A DNA stretch of 64,000 nucleotides from an uncultured bacterium (GCA_964562525.1 CAZLTL010000001.1:32950-96949); one strand, 5' to 3'; positions 53,749 through 63,136 are shown, counted from the first letter of the stretch. Numbers and translations: made by a program. The notes: generated from the letters alone by a model not told the origin.

Positions 53749-54187
53749 TTTTATGAAAAAAACATTTTTTTTCTTATTTGTAGCGATTGTTCTAATCAGC
53801 CAAAACAGCTGGTCTTCCCCCTGGGCGGAAAAAGAAACTTATGGCGAAAAAACAGGCGGCAAAGCCGTGTTCGGTGTCAAAAATACGCTGTTAGGTTGGA
53901 CAGCTATTTTTACTGAAACCGTTAAATACCAGTATTACCTTGAGAAAAAAGAAGGTTGGGAAGGTTTTTGCTATGGAATTTCAAAGTCCGTTCTTTATAC
54001 GGCAACCGGCGCAATTCAATTAGTCACCTTCCCGATTCCGGTTGATTTTCCTAATATGGGCGAAGGAGTTTTACATTCATCGGTAAAAGAACAAGCTGAA
54101 CGCGAACAGGGCAAAAAAGCAACCCCGGATGAATTAGCGCAGCAAGCTGAAGAAGCTATTGCGACGGAACAAGCAACGCCCGCTTAG
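53741..54187 (+). CDS. Small secreted protein (148 aa); tandem paralog of the previous gene, with a Glu/Ala-rich C-terminal tail.
   Basis: As above. Overlaps the previous gene by 8 nt. Confidence 0.55.
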   Translation: MSNFMKKTFFFLFVAIVLISQNSWSSPWAEKETYGEKTGGKAVFGVKNTLLGWTAIFTETVKYQYYLEKKEGWEGFCYGISKSVLYTATGAIQLVTFPIPVDFPNMGEGVLHSSVKEQAEREQGKKATPDELAQQAEEAIATEQATPA

Positions 54188-54215
54188 AGACCGCTTCGAC
54201 TCCCTCTGCTAATCC

Positions 54216-54335
54216 AAAAAGGTTTAGTTGTAGTTGCGACCATAAACAAGGCGTGAATGAGCGCATGCGGAGGCGCAGTAAAAGCTACGCCGCACAAGGA
54301 AGCGAAATTCGCAACGAAGCAGATACCCCTTTTTC
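54216..54335. repeat. Copy B of the ~100-nt conserved structured intergenic element (copy A at 16247-16351), with an 18-nt insertion near its 5' end.
   Basis: See copy A. Lies between two convergent gene ends. Confidence 0.6.
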
Positions 54336-55362
54336 AATGAGGATGGTTTTTCTCAAATAGGTAATGGCAAACATACCATTCATTACCCTGGTTATACCGA
54401 AAAAGCTCTGAACAAGCTAAGAAGAATACACGCCAATAATGGAACCACTTCAGGGATTGACCTTCCCCATAGGTTTTCTCAAAAAGCTCAAGGATTGACT
54501 TTTTCCGCTGATCCGCCCGTTTGAGCCAAGCTTCGCAGGTCCGGTGGTAATGCATTCCGGACACTTTCCAAGTTTTTATCACTTTCAAGTGGCGGTCAAA
54601 ATGACGGAATAAATTTTCGGACGGCATAATTCCACCGCTAAAAAAATAAGTCGCCATCCATGACGAAGGATCAGGATCAAAAGGGTAGGAATACTCCCGA
54701 TGGCAGAAAATATGCACAAACATTTTACCGTCCGGCGCCAGCCAACTCGCGATTTTTTCAAAAAGCAATTCGTAATTCCGCAAATGTTCAAACATTTCAA
54801 CGGAAACAACGCGGTCAAACTGGGCTCCGGATTCAAAATGATTAATATCCGCGGTGATTACTTCTAAATTAGTCAATCCTTCCGCCTGAGCCGCTTGATC
54901 AATCCAAGCCTTCTGTGTTTTGGAGTTGGAAACCGCCGTGATCTTTGCCCTAGGAAATTGTCGCGCCATTTCTAAGCTAAGCGAACCCCAGCCGCAGCCT
55001 AACTCAAGCACGCGCTGCCCATCCGCGATTTCAGCCCTTTGGATCGTCAAACGCAGCATGGCTGATTCCGAATCATCCAAATCCGCTTCCGCAACAGCCC
55101 AATTGCCGCTGCTATACTTCATGTAACGGCCCAAAACTTGGCAGAAAAAATCAGACGGAACTTCATAATGCTGCTGATTCGCCGAATCCGTCATCACCGC
55201 GATGGGGCTTTGTTTGAGTTTTTCAACCCACTGCGCCTGAAACCCCTTCGCTGCCGACGTCTCCAGTTTTTGCAGACGGTCTTTCAGCTGACGGCGAATT
55301 CCCGCGCGCAGCACACAATCCGGCAATATTCCTTTTGCGATTGCTTGATCCAGCCAACTCAT
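54334..55362 (-). CDS. cfa: Cyclopropane-fatty-acyl-phospholipid synthase family SAM-dependent methyltransferase.
   Basis: SAM motif VLELGCGWGSLSLEMAR plus the characteristic CFA-synthase C-terminal region. Confidence 0.8.
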   Translation of the reverse strand: MSWLDQAIAKGILPDCVLRAGIRRQLKDRLQKLETSAAKGFQAQWVEKLKQSPIAVMTDSANQQHYEVPSDFFCQVLGRYMKYSSGNWAVAEADLDDSESAMLRLTIQRAEIADGQRVLELGCGWGSLSLEMARQFPRAKITAVSNSKTQKAWIDQAAQAEGLTNLEVITADINHFESGAQFDRVVSVEMFEHLRNYELLFEKIASWLAPDGKMFVHIFCHREYSYPFDPDPSSWMATYFFSGGIMPSENLFRHFDRHLKVIKTWKVSGMHYHRTCEAWLKRADQRKKSILELFEKTYGEGQSLKWFHYWRVFFLACSELFRYNQGNEWYVCHYLFEKNHPH

Positions 55363-55375
55363 ATCATTGCCTCTT

Positions 55376-56155
55376 CTATTGCTTGGGAAACCATGGAAAA
55401 AAAACGGGCGTCACACGTTGATACTCAGTGTACTCTGCAGACCGCGTTTTCACTGCCTGTTGCTCCGAAAGTGGCACGCCGCTCACTTTGTTTAAAAAAT
55501 AATACATTAAAATCGGGCACATTAGAGCAATCCATCCGCCCGCATGCGGTAAAGCTAAAAAAGCATAGGCCACCCAATTCAGCCATTCAAAAAAGTAATT
55601 AGGGTGCCGCGAGTAATTCCAAAAACCGACACGACAAACACGTCCCTGATTCAATTTATCCTTCTTAAATTGATAAAGCTGATAATCTGACAGCGCCTCA
55701 CCTATAAAAGCACAAAGCCATATCAAAAATCCCGCGGTCTGCCAAACACCCCAAACATGCCGCGAACTTGAAAACAAGATTAAGAACGGAAAAGAAAATA
55801 CCCAAGCCGCGACTCCCTGCTGAAAATAAAAAATAAGCATTTTCTTTTTTTCCACGGCACCCCATTTCAACCTTAAGGCACGATACCGAGGGTCTTCTCC
55901 ATGCCCACGTGCGCGACTCCCTATATGCGCGGCCAATCGAAAAGCCCACAAACCAACCAAAGCTAAATAGGCATAATTCGCTGTGTAAAATTGTCCAAAA
56001 AAAATAAAGTAGAAAAGTGCCGCAGCAAAAATAAAGAGGCTCCAAAAAATATCAACTATGGATGTTTTCTGAAAGCGGTACGCGGCAATCCAGGTGAGAA
56101 AAGCGAGCCACTGAATTAAGAGCAGCCCATATGCGGCTAAAATAAAAGAAGTCAT
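55376..56155 (-). CDS. DUF1295-family membrane protein (commonly linked to cfa).
   Basis: Polytopic. The ...NYSRHPNYFFEWLNW... segment is typical of DUF1295 and the ICMT-like fold. Confidence 0.65.
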   Translation of the reverse strand: MTSFILAAYGLLLIQWLAFLTWIAAYRFQKTSIVDIFWSLFIFAAALFYFIFFGQFYTANYAYLALVGLWAFRLAAHIGSRARGHGEDPRYRALRLKWGAVEKKKMLIFYFQQGVAAWVFSFPFLILFSSSRHVWGVWQTAGFLIWLCAFIGEALSDYQLYQFKKDKLNQGRVCRVGFWNYSRHPNYFFEWLNWVAYAFLALPHAGGWIALMCPILMYYFLNKVSGVPLSEQQAVKTRSAEYTEYQRVTPVFFPWFPKQ

Positions 56156-56215
56156 TGCACCTTATAAAAAAAGGCGGAAGGAATTACCCTCCCGCCGAAG
56201 AATCAATTCGCCTGA

Positions 56216-56986
56216 TTATTTTTTTTCAAATGTAATTTGATCAACCAAAATAGTCCCCTGCTTGGGGTCTGAATTCATGTCGTCAAACACAATCACAAAT
56301 TCACCCATGGAAGACCAGTTTTGAATTTTGCGGAAACGCTCAAAAGGAACCTGCACCTTTTGCCATGATTCTGTAATCCCGCTGATAATATAGGGCGATG
56401 CTAAATTAGACGAGTCTTTCAGCTCCACTTTGATACGTTTCGTAAAGTTATTTAATCCTTCGCCACGAACATAAAAAGAAAGGGTGTTGTACGCGGACGC
56501 GTTAACCTCATCCAATTTCATCCAAAATCCGTTATAAGCAGGGCTATCAGATTCAACGTCATAATCAAGCTTGAGAGAGTATCCGTCTGAATCACCCAGC
56601 GCATCGTCCGTTTCAAATGAAATCGTGCATCCTTGAGTCGTATCCTCAGGATCTTTGTTCCAAGCCCCAAAATCTCCGCCTATATTGCTGGGTTTATCGC
56701 CGGTGTCAAAATCAGCGATCACGAGCTGATTCTCGGAAGAAACCGGAACAACTGCCGCCGCGGGCACGGGCGAGACTTGGTCTATAAGAACAGCATCCGA
56801 GCTCGTATTAAAAGCGCTCACGCTGGGTTTTAAAACTTCTTCAGCACCGCCTGAGTTTGCGGCGGACGAGGCTTGTTCCGGCGTCGTGTTTTGCGATGAA
56901 GACTTTAAGCGCGGATAAATAGCTATAGCTAGAAAAATAACGCAAATAACAAAAAAAGAGACAAGTCCAACAATTTGCTTCTTCAT
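56216..56986 (-). CDS. Membrane-anchored/secreted protein; its C-terminal ~165 aa is a paralog of the gene at 42777-43376.
   Basis: Signal anchor and a Ser/Ala-rich linker, then the conserved domain (ADFDTGDKPSNIGGDFGAWNKDP...YVRGEGLNNFTKRIK...VIVFDDMNSDPKQGTILVDQIT). Confidence 0.7.
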   Translation of the reverse strand: MKKQIVGLVSFFVICVIFLAIAIYPRLKSSSQNTTPEQASSAANSGGAEEVLKPSVSAFNTSSDAVLIDQVSPVPAAAVVPVSSENQLVIADFDTGDKPSNIGGDFGAWNKDPEDTTQGCTISFETDDALGDSDGYSLKLDYDVESDSPAYNGFWMKLDEVNASAYNTLSFYVRGEGLNNFTKRIKVELKDSSNLASPYIISGITESWQKVQVPFERFRKIQNWSSMGEFVIVFDDMNSDPKQGTILVDQITFEKK

Positions 56987-57113
56987 AATGACTCCTTTTT
57001 CTAAACAACTTAAAAGATACTATACCCCTGAAGCACGAGAGGAACAAGCCACAACTCTTCATTATAAAGGATGAGAAATCGCCCCCGATTATGATATACT
57101 TTCGCTTCTTCAA

Positions 57114-57187
57114 CGGGACGTGGCTCAGCCTGGTAGAGCACACGCTTGGGGTGCGTGGGGTCGTGGGTTCGAATCCCGCCGTCCCGA
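57114..57187 (+). tRNA. tRNA-Pro (anticodon GGG).
   Basis: Hand-folded cloverleaf: acceptor CGGGACG/CGTCCCG (the C1-G72 pair typical of bacterial tRNA-Pro); D stem GCTC/GAGC; anticodon stem CACGC/GCGTG with loop TTGGGGT; T arm GTGGG-TTCGAAT-CCCGC; discriminator A. Confidence 0.85.
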
Positions 57188-57198
57188 AAAATACTCCG

Positions 57199-57281
57199 CT
57201 TACCCAACCTATTCCTATTAAAAAATTCAAACAGTCGATGCTTCGCTCGAAACTCATTTTTTAATGGGATAGGTTGGCAAC
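57199..57281. other. Long imperfect inverted repeat (CCAACCTATTCCTATTAAAAAA ... TTTTTTAATGGGATAGGTTGG) with a ~35-nt loop immediately 3' of the tRNA.
   Basis: Seen directly. About 19 of 21 positions are complementary. Confidence 0.4.
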
Positions 57282-57405
57282 GCTCCGTTAGGGCTTTGCT
57301 CTGCGACCAAAGGGCGCCTCGCACGTTGGAATTTTGCTAGTCGTAAAATGTGGCAAGGGATTCGAAGTGAGCGACGACAAAATTATCCCTCTAAAACTCA
57401 CCCTC

Positions 57406-57434
57406 TTGCGTACTTCTTATCCACAGCGTAGCAT
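57406..57434 (+). promoter_or_regulatory. Candidate sigma-70 promoter TTGCGT-17 nt-TAGCAT ending 8 nt before the start codon of the LMF-like gene; candidate leaderless transcript.
   Basis: Seen directly. No Shine-Dalgarno between the -10 element and the ATG at 57443. Confidence 0.25.
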
Positions 57435-57442
57435 AATGACTC

Positions 57443-58900
57443 ATGGAAACTTACTTCGGCAGTTTTCAAATCGCCCGCATCCTGATCTGGCGGGTTTTAG
57501 CGGGGGTTTATTTCGTCGCCTTCATTTCCGCTTTGAATCAATTCCCAACTCTTTTGGGCTCGAGCGGCTTTTTGCCGGCCCCTGAATTTATCCGCCATGT
57601 TCCGTTTAAAAATGCTCCCGGCCTTTTTTATCTGCATTATTCCGACACGTTTCTTGCGGCAATATGCTGGATCGGAATTTTAATTTCATCATTAACCTTG
57701 ATAGGAATTACTGAAAAAGGCCCTTGGTGGCTAATCACCATCGCCTGGCTAACGCTTTGGGTTTTGTATCTTTCAATTGTGAATGTGGGACAAACTTTTT
57801 ACGGTTTCGGCTGGGAGTCCATGATTCTGGAAGCCGGGTTTTTCGCATCCTTTTTAGGTTCACCGCGTCTAGCCTCATCTGTGGTTCCCATTTTAATTTT
57901 GCGCTGGATGCTTTTCCGAACCGAGTTGGGCGCAGGACTTATTAAATTACGCGGTGACACCTGCTGGCGCGATCTCACTTGCTTGCAATATCACTACGAA
58001 ACTCAACCCATGCCCAATACCTTAAGCTGGTTTTTCCATCAATTGCCGGGTTGGTTTCAAAAGTGGAGCGTGGTCTTCAGCCACTTCGTGCAATTGATTG
58101 TTCCTTTCGGCCTTTTCGCGCCGCAAGGCATCGCCGCCGTTTCGGGTCTTTTGATTATTCTTCATCAGCTGATTTTGATTATCAGCGGTAATTACTCGTG
58201 GCTGAACTGGCTCACTGTCGTCCTGGGGCTTTCCGCTTTCAGCGACTCATTCTTTAATTTGTTCTCTGTCAAAACCTGGAACGCAACCATGCGATCACTG
58301 CCTTACAATTGCATAATTGGCGCATTGGCATTACTCACAATCGCATTAAGCATACAGCCCACATTGAATTTATTTTCAAAGCGGCAGCTGATGAATTTCC
58401 GTTATAACCCTTTGCATTTAATCGGAAGCTATGGTGCTTTTGGCAGTGTGACTAAAGAGCGTTATGAAATTGTCCTCGAGGGCACTCAGGATGCTGCTCT
58501 TACAGCTTCTACAATTTGGCAAGAGTATGAATTCAAAGCTAAGCCCGGTGATGTTAAAAGAAGCCCCCCTCAATTTGCACCCTATCACCTGCGGCTGGAC
58601 TGGCTCATGTGGTTTCTACCTTTCTCCGTTCAAGTAACACCACAAGGCTTAAATGTCCCCGGCTATGAAAGATGGTATTTGAGGTTTGTTTACAAACTAT
58701 TACAAGCGGAGCCGCGAACACTGAAACTAATAAAAAATTCACCCTTTAAAAAGGACAAGCCCCAATTCATCCGTGCCCGCTATTACCGGTACCACTTTAC
58801 GACTCCGCAAGAGCGAACAGCTACAGGAGCCTGGTGGAAACGCACTTTGATCGGAGAATACATGCCGCCAGTAAAGGCGGAAAATTTACAAAAACTCTAG
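57443..58900 (+). CDS. Polytopic membrane protein, lipase-maturation-factor (LMF/DUF1222)-like.
   Basis: The N-terminal region FQIARILIWRVLAGVYFVAFISALNQFPTLLGSSGFLP resembles the LMF family. Many TM helices. 485 aa. Call made from memory. Confidence 0.45.
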   Translation: METYFGSFQIARILIWRVLAGVYFVAFISALNQFPTLLGSSGFLPAPEFIRHVPFKNAPGLFYLHYSDTFLAAICWIGILISSLTLIGITEKGPWWLITIAWLTLWVLYLSIVNVGQTFYGFGWESMILEAGFFASFLGSPRLASSVVPILILRWMLFRTELGAGLIKLRGDTCWRDLTCLQYHYETQPMPNTLSWFFHQLPGWFQKWSVVFSHFVQLIVPFGLFAPQGIAAVSGLLIILHQLILIISGNYSWLNWLTVVLGLSAFSDSFFNLFSVKTWNATMRSLPYNCIIGALALLTIALSIQPTLNLFSKRQLMNFRYNPLHLIGSYGAFGSVTKERYEIVLEGTQDAALTASTIWQEYEFKAKPGDVKRSPPQFAPYHLRLDWLMWFLPFSVQVTPQGLNVPGYERWYLRFVYKLLQAEPRTLKLIKNSPFKKDKPQFIRARYYRYHFTTPQERTATGAWWKRTLIGEYMPPVKAENLQKL

Positions 58901-59003
58901 GACGCAACCTCAGTTCTCTGAGTTAGTATTTCCCTGCTTTAGAAACGCTTTCAACTAAAGCTTACAACCCAGATTGACGAAGGTTTTTGAGATTAGCCTA
59001 AAG

Positions 59004-60818
59004 TTAACGCACTGCTGTTGGAGCTATTGAAATGAAGCTGTATTTTATTTTTTTCTGCGCTAAGACATAGGCTATCGATTTAGGATCAGTACTCGTGCGC
59101 CAATTCTGCTGCCAATAAATAACTCCATCTATGCCGTCAAATGTGGGGTTAACGCCGATATTCATTTGATGCTTCTCACCCAAAACTGACAAAGTAACTA
59201 CAACACTCTCGCTCACGCCAACTTTGACTCGGTCAACACTGTGAATCGGAGATGTTATCAGCGCCACGAGTGCCTCTCTCGTTTTCCGGCCGTCCACATT
59301 ATTAATCAATTTACTAATCCCCATATAAATTGAATAGGTCATATCAGGCTCGGTAGTAGAGGTTGGTAAGGGAGGTATATTACTCTCTGATAGGCTAGCT
59401 ATTCCAGACTCTAAAAATTCAGGGTATGGATTTTCAACCGCGCCTGTTATAGCGCGCCGCATATGCATAGCGTTAGGAATGACCATAATTCCGACATTAT
59501 ATTCGTCAGTGGCACGGAAAGTAATTACATCTTCATATGAAAGTCCGTCAGAGCTTAATTTTTTAACGTCAAAAAAAAGCACGGGGCCGTCTTGATGCTC
59601 AAACTGATAATGCACTTTATATCCCGCGCCGAGCTCCTGCTCTAAAAGAGCCTGGAATGCTTTAGCTCTGCGATCAGTTAACCCTCCCAATGGCGATGGC
59701 ATACCCGGAATTAAAATCGATCTTGGCACTTTAAACTGGTCCGATAACCTTCTGTTATACTCCTCTAATAATTTCTTTTTTAACTCCTCATCCTTCACGT
59801 GTTTTTCTAAGCTGCTTTTGTACCCTTCTAGATTTGTAAGCACGGGCGTATTCAGCCCCATTTTGCGAGAGTTTGCAATTAATGCATTCTCAATCACTCT
59901 CACACCCGCCTTGGCCGCTTCATGCGGTGTCATTGTTTCAATTTTCTTGGCTGTGGCATCAATTCTCAGCTGTGTTTTAGCCGCTAAGTTTGCCGTGGTG
60001 ATTGCCAGCGCCGCCTTCGCGTCTCTTTCTATGTCGAGATAAATTTTGGCATCTCTTGTCTTTTGTATTGCGCTGTTTTTTAGAGCAAGTTTTTTCTCTA
60101 AGGTTCCCTCTAAACGCTCGATTGATTTTTCCTTGGCAAGATAATCTGACTTCAAACTACGATAGAGTTTTTGTGAGGCAGCGCTCAGCTGATCAAATGC
60201 GATCACGGCTCCGGTTCTCCTGTTTATAAAAAGTGCCGCCATCTGATCTTCTAAAGACTTTAATTCTGCTTTTGATTTATTTACGGCATCAAGAGCTTTT
60301 TGCCAAACCTCTGTCGCTTTGGTTTCAGCAGCTTCAGCCTTCGCAACAGCTTCTACCACTGCAGGCGATGTCGCTGTAGAAGTTGCTGAACTAGTCAGAT
60401 TCGAAGCTTGTCTGTTTGCATCGCGAGCAATGGCCTCTTCTTGGACAGCTAGTCTCTCTATTTCTGCCGCAGTTTTGACAGCCGCATCCGCAATTCGTTC
60501 GATCGCTCTTGCTTTTTCAAGCTCAGAAAAAAGAGCTCCCAATTCCTCGTCAGATAACATATCTTGTGCCGCGGCTGTTACCACAGAAGCCGCTGCCGAA
60601 CTTAATGCACCCCCTGAAAAACTAAGTTCGTTTTGGCTTTCTGAAGCTCCCACAACAAGATCAGAGTTTGTTTTATTCGGCTGATCAATTGAAACAGCTT
60701 GCTGATTACTAGTCGAATCTGTCGGCGCCAGAAAATCAGCCGCACATAAGGGCGCTTGAAGAAACGTCACATTCACACAGAGAATGATGGCAATTACTTT
60801 TAAGATACATTTCTTCAT
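59004..60818 (-). CDS. Secreted protein (604 aa) with an Ala-rich coiled-coil N-terminal half and a globular C-terminal domain of unknown function.
   Basis: Signal peptide MKKCILKVIAIILCVNVTFLQAPLCAA. Heptad-like Ala/Glu/Lys-rich region. Confidence 0.6.
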   Translation of the reverse strand: MKKCILKVIAIILCVNVTFLQAPLCAADFLAPTDSTSNQQAVSIDQPNKTNSDLVVGASESQNELSFSGGALSSAAASVVTAAAQDMLSDEELGALFSELEKARAIERIADAAVKTAAEIERLAVQEEAIARDANRQASNLTSSATSTATSPAVVEAVAKAEAAETKATEVWQKALDAVNKSKAELKSLEDQMAALFINRRTGAVIAFDQLSAASQKLYRSLKSDYLAKEKSIERLEGTLEKKLALKNSAIQKTRDAKIYLDIERDAKAALAITTANLAAKTQLRIDATAKKIETMTPHEAAKAGVRVIENALIANSRKMGLNTPVLTNLEGYKSSLEKHVKDEELKKKLLEEYNRRLSDQFKVPRSILIPGMPSPLGGLTDRRAKAFQALLEQELGAGYKVHYQFEHQDGPVLFFDVKKLSSDGLSYEDVITFRATDEYNVGIMVIPNAMHMRRAITGAVENPYPEFLESGIASLSESNIPPLPTSTTEPDMTYSIYMGISKLINNVDGRKTREALVALITSPIHSVDRVKVGVSESVVVTLSVLGEKHQMNIGVNPTFDGIDGVIYWQQNWRTSTDPKSIAYVLAQKKIKYSFISIAPTAVR

Positions 60819-61019
60819 TTGATTCTCCCCTTATTGTTTCCCATAATCTTTATTTGCTTATTTAGAAAGTACAATCAAGAGTAGCTAATATCAATGCGCT
60901 AAGAGTAAATGATCGAAGGAACTAGTTTGTTAATGGAAATTAATTCAGAAGCGCTCAATACCGCTGGCTTTTATATGAGCGCTAAATGTTTTCTATGAAT
61001 CGACCCCAAGAGCAGACTT

Positions 61020-61478
61020 TCAATGCCCGGAGTGATAAGGATGGTTTTTGAGGATGGAAATAGCGCGGTAGATTTGTTCCACTGCCACAACCGAAGCAAG
61101 CTCATGCGGTAAAGTCATGGGGCCGAAAGACCAAATCAATTGAGGCTGAATTTGATTCATTTGCTCCGGAGTGAGGCCGTTAGGGCCGCCGATCCAAATC
61201 GTCAAACTTTTCGCACCAGAATCACACACCTTCTGAAAGCGTGCAGCCAAATCTTCACTTGAAAGCATTTTGCTTTTTTTCTCACGCTCACAAATCCAGA
61301 TTGCTCCGGACTGCTTTAACAAAACGTTAAAGGGCATCGGCAGAGCTTCAAAGGCATAGTCATGACCTATTCTGTCCGCATACTTGGCAAACAATTCCCC
61401 CGCGGAAGATTCCTTAAAAACCTTCGCTGAATTTTTTAACCTTGTTTCAGCCCAGCCTAATCCAATGATAATTTTCAT
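61020..61478 (-). CDS. rlmH: 23S rRNA (pseudouridine1915-N3)-methyltransferase RlmH (SPOUT family).
   Basis: 152 aa beginning MKIIIGLGWAETRLK..., with a SPOUT C-terminus. Confidence 0.8.
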   Translation of the reverse strand: MKIIIGLGWAETRLKNSAKVFKESSAGELFAKYADRIGHDYAFEALPMPFNVLLKQSGAIWICEREKKSKMLSSEDLAARFQKVCDSGAKSLTIWIGGPNGLTPEQMNQIQPQLIWSFGPMTLPHELASVVAVEQIYRAISILKNHPYHSGH

Positions 61479-61579
61479 AATTTAAATATATGCAGTTACG
61501 CTCAACACAGAGCTTCAAATTATAAAGTGTGGGGTATCGCTAGCAGTTACGGTTGCGTGAAACGCAGAGTACACATATA

Positions 61580-61620
61580 AAGAAAAAGGCCGCGCACGGT
61601 TTCCCGCGCGCGGCTTTTTA
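61580..61620 (-). terminator. Bidirectional Rho-independent terminator (GCCGCGCACGG-ttt-CCCGCGCGCGGC flanked by T/A tracts) after the HU gene.
   Basis: GC-rich stem at 61588-61614 with T-tracts on both strands. Confidence 0.7.
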
Positions 61621-61631
61621 ACTAAGAAATC

Positions 61632-61904
61632 TTAGTTAACAGCTTTTTTAAGAGCTTTTCCTGCTGTGAAAGCGGGAACTTTGCATGCTTTGATCTTGAT
61701 GGACGCGCCCGTCTGAGGGTTGCGGCCTGTGCGCGCCTTGCGGCTGCGAACTTTGAAAGTACCAAAACCGATAAGAGCAACATTCTTGCCCTTTTTCAAA
61801 GAAGCCTGGATGCTGTCAAATGCAGCATTGAGGGCTTCAGCAGCTTTTGCTTTTGAAAGCTGGGTTTTCTTTGCGATTGCTTCTGTGAGTTCTGCTTTAT
61901 TCAC
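61632..61904 (-). CDS. hup: HU-family nucleoid DNA-binding protein.
   Basis: MNKAELTEAIAKKTQLSKAKAAEALNAAFDSI...GFGTFKVRSRKARTGRNPQTG is the classic HU sequence. Confidence 0.9.
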   Translation of the reverse strand: MNKAELTEAIAKKTQLSKAKAAEALNAAFDSIQASLKKGKNVALIGFGTFKVRSRKARTGRNPQTGASIKIKACKVPAFTAGKALKKAVN

Positions 61905-61971
61905 TTTATTCTCTCCTGTTAATCCGCAAACCGCTTAAGTGCGGTCTGTGGCTTGATTGTTGATCAAATCT

Positions 61972-62982
61972 TTAGTACTGCTTCCACTCTTCTTGAGCGT
62001 CGCGATTGAGAAGATCCGAAACAGCCTGCTTGGGATCTTTGTCTTTACACAAAATGTTGTAAACCTCTTCCATAATCGGAATCAAAATACCTTCACGCTG
62101 GCACAGCTCATGCACCGCTTCGGCGGAATCCACGCCTTCGGCGACCATTTCCATATCCTTCAAAATATCTTTTATTTTGCGGCCCTTACCGAGCTCACGG
62201 CCCACGCGCAAGTTGCGACCATGCTGAGAAAAACAAGTGGTCATTAAATCGCCTGCACCGGAAAGACCAAAGAAAGTCGTCGGGTTGGCTCCCAGCTTCA
62301 CGCCCAAACGGCTCATTTCAAAAAGCCCGCGAGTCAATAATCCGGACTTCGTGTTATCGCCAAAACCCAAACCATCGCAAACACCCGCCGCAACGGCGAT
62401 CACATTTTTAAGCGCTCCGCCTAATTCAACGCCCACCGCATCATTTTGAACATAAATTCTGAAAAACTTATCGCGGAACACACTCTGAACCTTAATTGCG
62501 TATTCAGGCTGCTTCGAAGCGGCAACCACCAAAGTCGGAATACCGCGGGAAACCTCTTCTGCGTGGGAAGGACCGCTTAAAATGACAAGGGGCACGTCGC
62601 CCAACTCGGCATAAACCACCTGGGAGGGACGCATACATGTTCCCTTTTCAATCCCTTTCGCGACGCTGACAAAAATCTTTTTACCGCGCAAAAGCGGACG
62701 AACCTTTTTCAGCACTCCCCGGACAAATTGGGTGGGAACGGCAATCACGATTAAATCAGAAAAAGAAAGAGCTTCATTCAGATCAGCGGAAAGACGAACA
62801 TTTTGAGGAAGCGGAACCCCCGGTAAAAACTTAAAGTTTTCCCGGCGCTCTTTCATTTGGGCGGCGTAATCAGCAAATGCAGACCAAAGGAGAACTTCAT
62901 TGCCACGACGCGCGTTCACAAGCGCGAGCGCTGTTCCCCATCCGCCATCCCCTAAAACAGTAACTCGTTCTGCTGCGGACAT
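61972..62982 (-). CDS. gpsA: NAD(P)H-dependent glycerol-3-phosphate dehydrogenase GpsA.
   Basis: N-terminus MSAAERVTVLGDGGWGTALA, a Rossmann motif, at the internal ATG. The track start at 63087 is probably an upstream extension. Confidence 0.85.
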   Translation of the reverse strand: MSAAERVTVLGDGGWGTALALVNARRGNEVLLWSAFADYAAQMKERRENFKFLPGVPLPQNVRLSADLNEALSFSDLIVIAVPTQFVRGVLKKVRPLLRGKKIFVSVAKGIEKGTCMRPSQVVYAELGDVPLVILSGPSHAEEVSRGIPTLVVAASKQPEYAIKVQSVFRDKFFRIYVQNDAVGVELGGALKNVIAVAAGVCDGLGFGDNTKSGLLTRGLFEMSRLGVKLGANPTTFFGLSGAGDLMTTCFSQHGRNLRVGRELGKGRKIKDILKDMEMVAEGVDSAEAVHELCQREGILIPIMEEVYNILCKDKDPKQAVSDLLNRDAQEEWKQY

Positions 62983-63136
62983 CTCTTCCTTTTGGATTAC
63001 GGTTGAGCGACAGCTCAGAGCCGAAACAAGAACACCCCACGGAAACGCCCATGGGACAAGGATTTCAAGGCGGTGGTACTTTAACACTCCTCAATGAAGG
63101 CGTCAAAATTTTTTTACGAATTTTTTTTAAAAATTT

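Noticed and set aside
57188-57442. Possible integrated element or prophage boundary downstream of tRNA-Pro.
   Set aside because: There is no integrase, no direct repeat of the tRNA 3' end, and the flanking genes are ordinary chromosomal genes (cfa/DUF1295 and the LMF-like membrane protein). The inverted repeat is more simply a terminator-like hairpin.
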